Assembly: GCA_907165135.1 (NCBI GenBank)
Contig: OU015566.1
Span: 6,696,001-6,760,000, forward strand
Direction: 5' to 3'
DNA length: 64,000 nucleotides
Source of the DNA: Oikopleura dioica
Lineage: Eukaryota; Animalia; Chordata
Shown: positions 63,315 through 64,000 of the stretch, one piece after another
How positions within the stretch are numbered: the stretch's first letter is position 1
Layout of the letters: each line of letters opens with the position of its first letter
The notes under the pieces: model-generated
Databases searched by the model: none
Told to the model about the DNA's origin: nothing
What the model saw: the letters and a program-made list of their open reading frames with translations, nothing else
Translations under genes and position numbers: made by a program

Positions 63315-63551
63315 TTATTTCCCTATCGAGCTCTCCAGATCGGCGCCGGGGGATTTTTTGGTGGTGAGGGACCCAGACTTTTTATGAATAAATTCACGGT
63401 GGTGGCGGCGGTGGAGGCCCTGTTGTGTTCGATTAATTTGATAATCACATGGGCCTGGCCCAGCGCGAAATTCAGATTTTCCGCCAAGTCGGAAGACCCT
63501 TTGAAAGACGCCTTCGTGAGATTCTAGCGTTTTATTATTCTTGACTGCCAC
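63315..63551 (-). CDS. Possible terminal exon with a PGP-x-DY motif (SHIPPO/STPG-like)
   Basis: tgatag acceptor, then ...FRLGGKSEFRAGPGPCDYQINR...K*. Only one motif copy is visible. Confidence 0.3.
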   Translation of the reverse strand: MAVKNNKTLESHEGVFQRVFRLGGKSEFRAGPGPCDYQINRTQQGLHRRHHREFIHKKSGSLTTKKSPGADLESSIGK

Positions 63552-64000
63552 CTATCATGTATTCTTTCTTTTGATATCTTCCAGAGAAAGGGATGATAAT
63601 GAGCCTATGCTAACTTTACCTGTCAATAGTTTCTTCGACCTTTCAGTAGGTCGACTGTAGATTTTCAATTGTAGAATCTCTCACTTTCGAGTCAAAAACG
63701 TAAATTATCGATGGTATGTTTTTGTTTATTATTGTCAGGAATTCGGTCAATGCTAAAACGATGCAACAACAAGCAAGTTCCTGATTTCCATATTTTCGTT
63801 GCGGTATATTTTCTAGAATGCAGGTGGAGTACCAGCGCTGTGAGCTCCCGCTAGCCGGCGCTGTCCTTATTTTTTTTTCCTGCTTTTTCCGCGGTTGATT
63901 TTTGTTGAGCACCACTGGAATGCGGCGGTCCAAGGCAGCGGGGCGCTAATTAATCGAGAAAGACGAGCGATAATTAGCGCAGGGAATTTCATGCTCGACC

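Overview
Compact, AT-rich eukaryotic DNA, most consistent with a larvacean tunicate such as Oikopleura dioica. This is inferred from 30-50 nt introns, GA-AG splice donors, TTAGGG repeats and a Hox2 gene with no Hox neighbour. Genes I can support: a catalytically dead PLA2-like secreted protein, a 2OG-Fe(II) dioxygenase with an in-frame stop, a (DRPPHHRRVGDEE)12 repeat protein, a divergent kinase fused to a papain-like domain, a SUEL lectin, a clan-CE-like protease, C-type lectins (one single, four tandem), MAP1/futsch, a RING-HC protein, a WSCD-like sulfotransferase, a transglutaminase, synaptogyrin and Hox2. The most unusual signal is three non-autonomous hAT elements with different TIRs and perfect 8-bp TSDs. 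All three carry the same 56-bp hairpin satellite plus a shared ~120-bp tail. Two sit inside coding exons, where TSD plus TIR create a GT donor and an in-frame AG acceptor exists, so they could be spliced out as new introns. One array abuts a (TAACCC)9 tract exactly at its hairpin, and another has the hairpin loop flipped. Exon boundaries were read by eye and are approximate unless stated. No searches were run.
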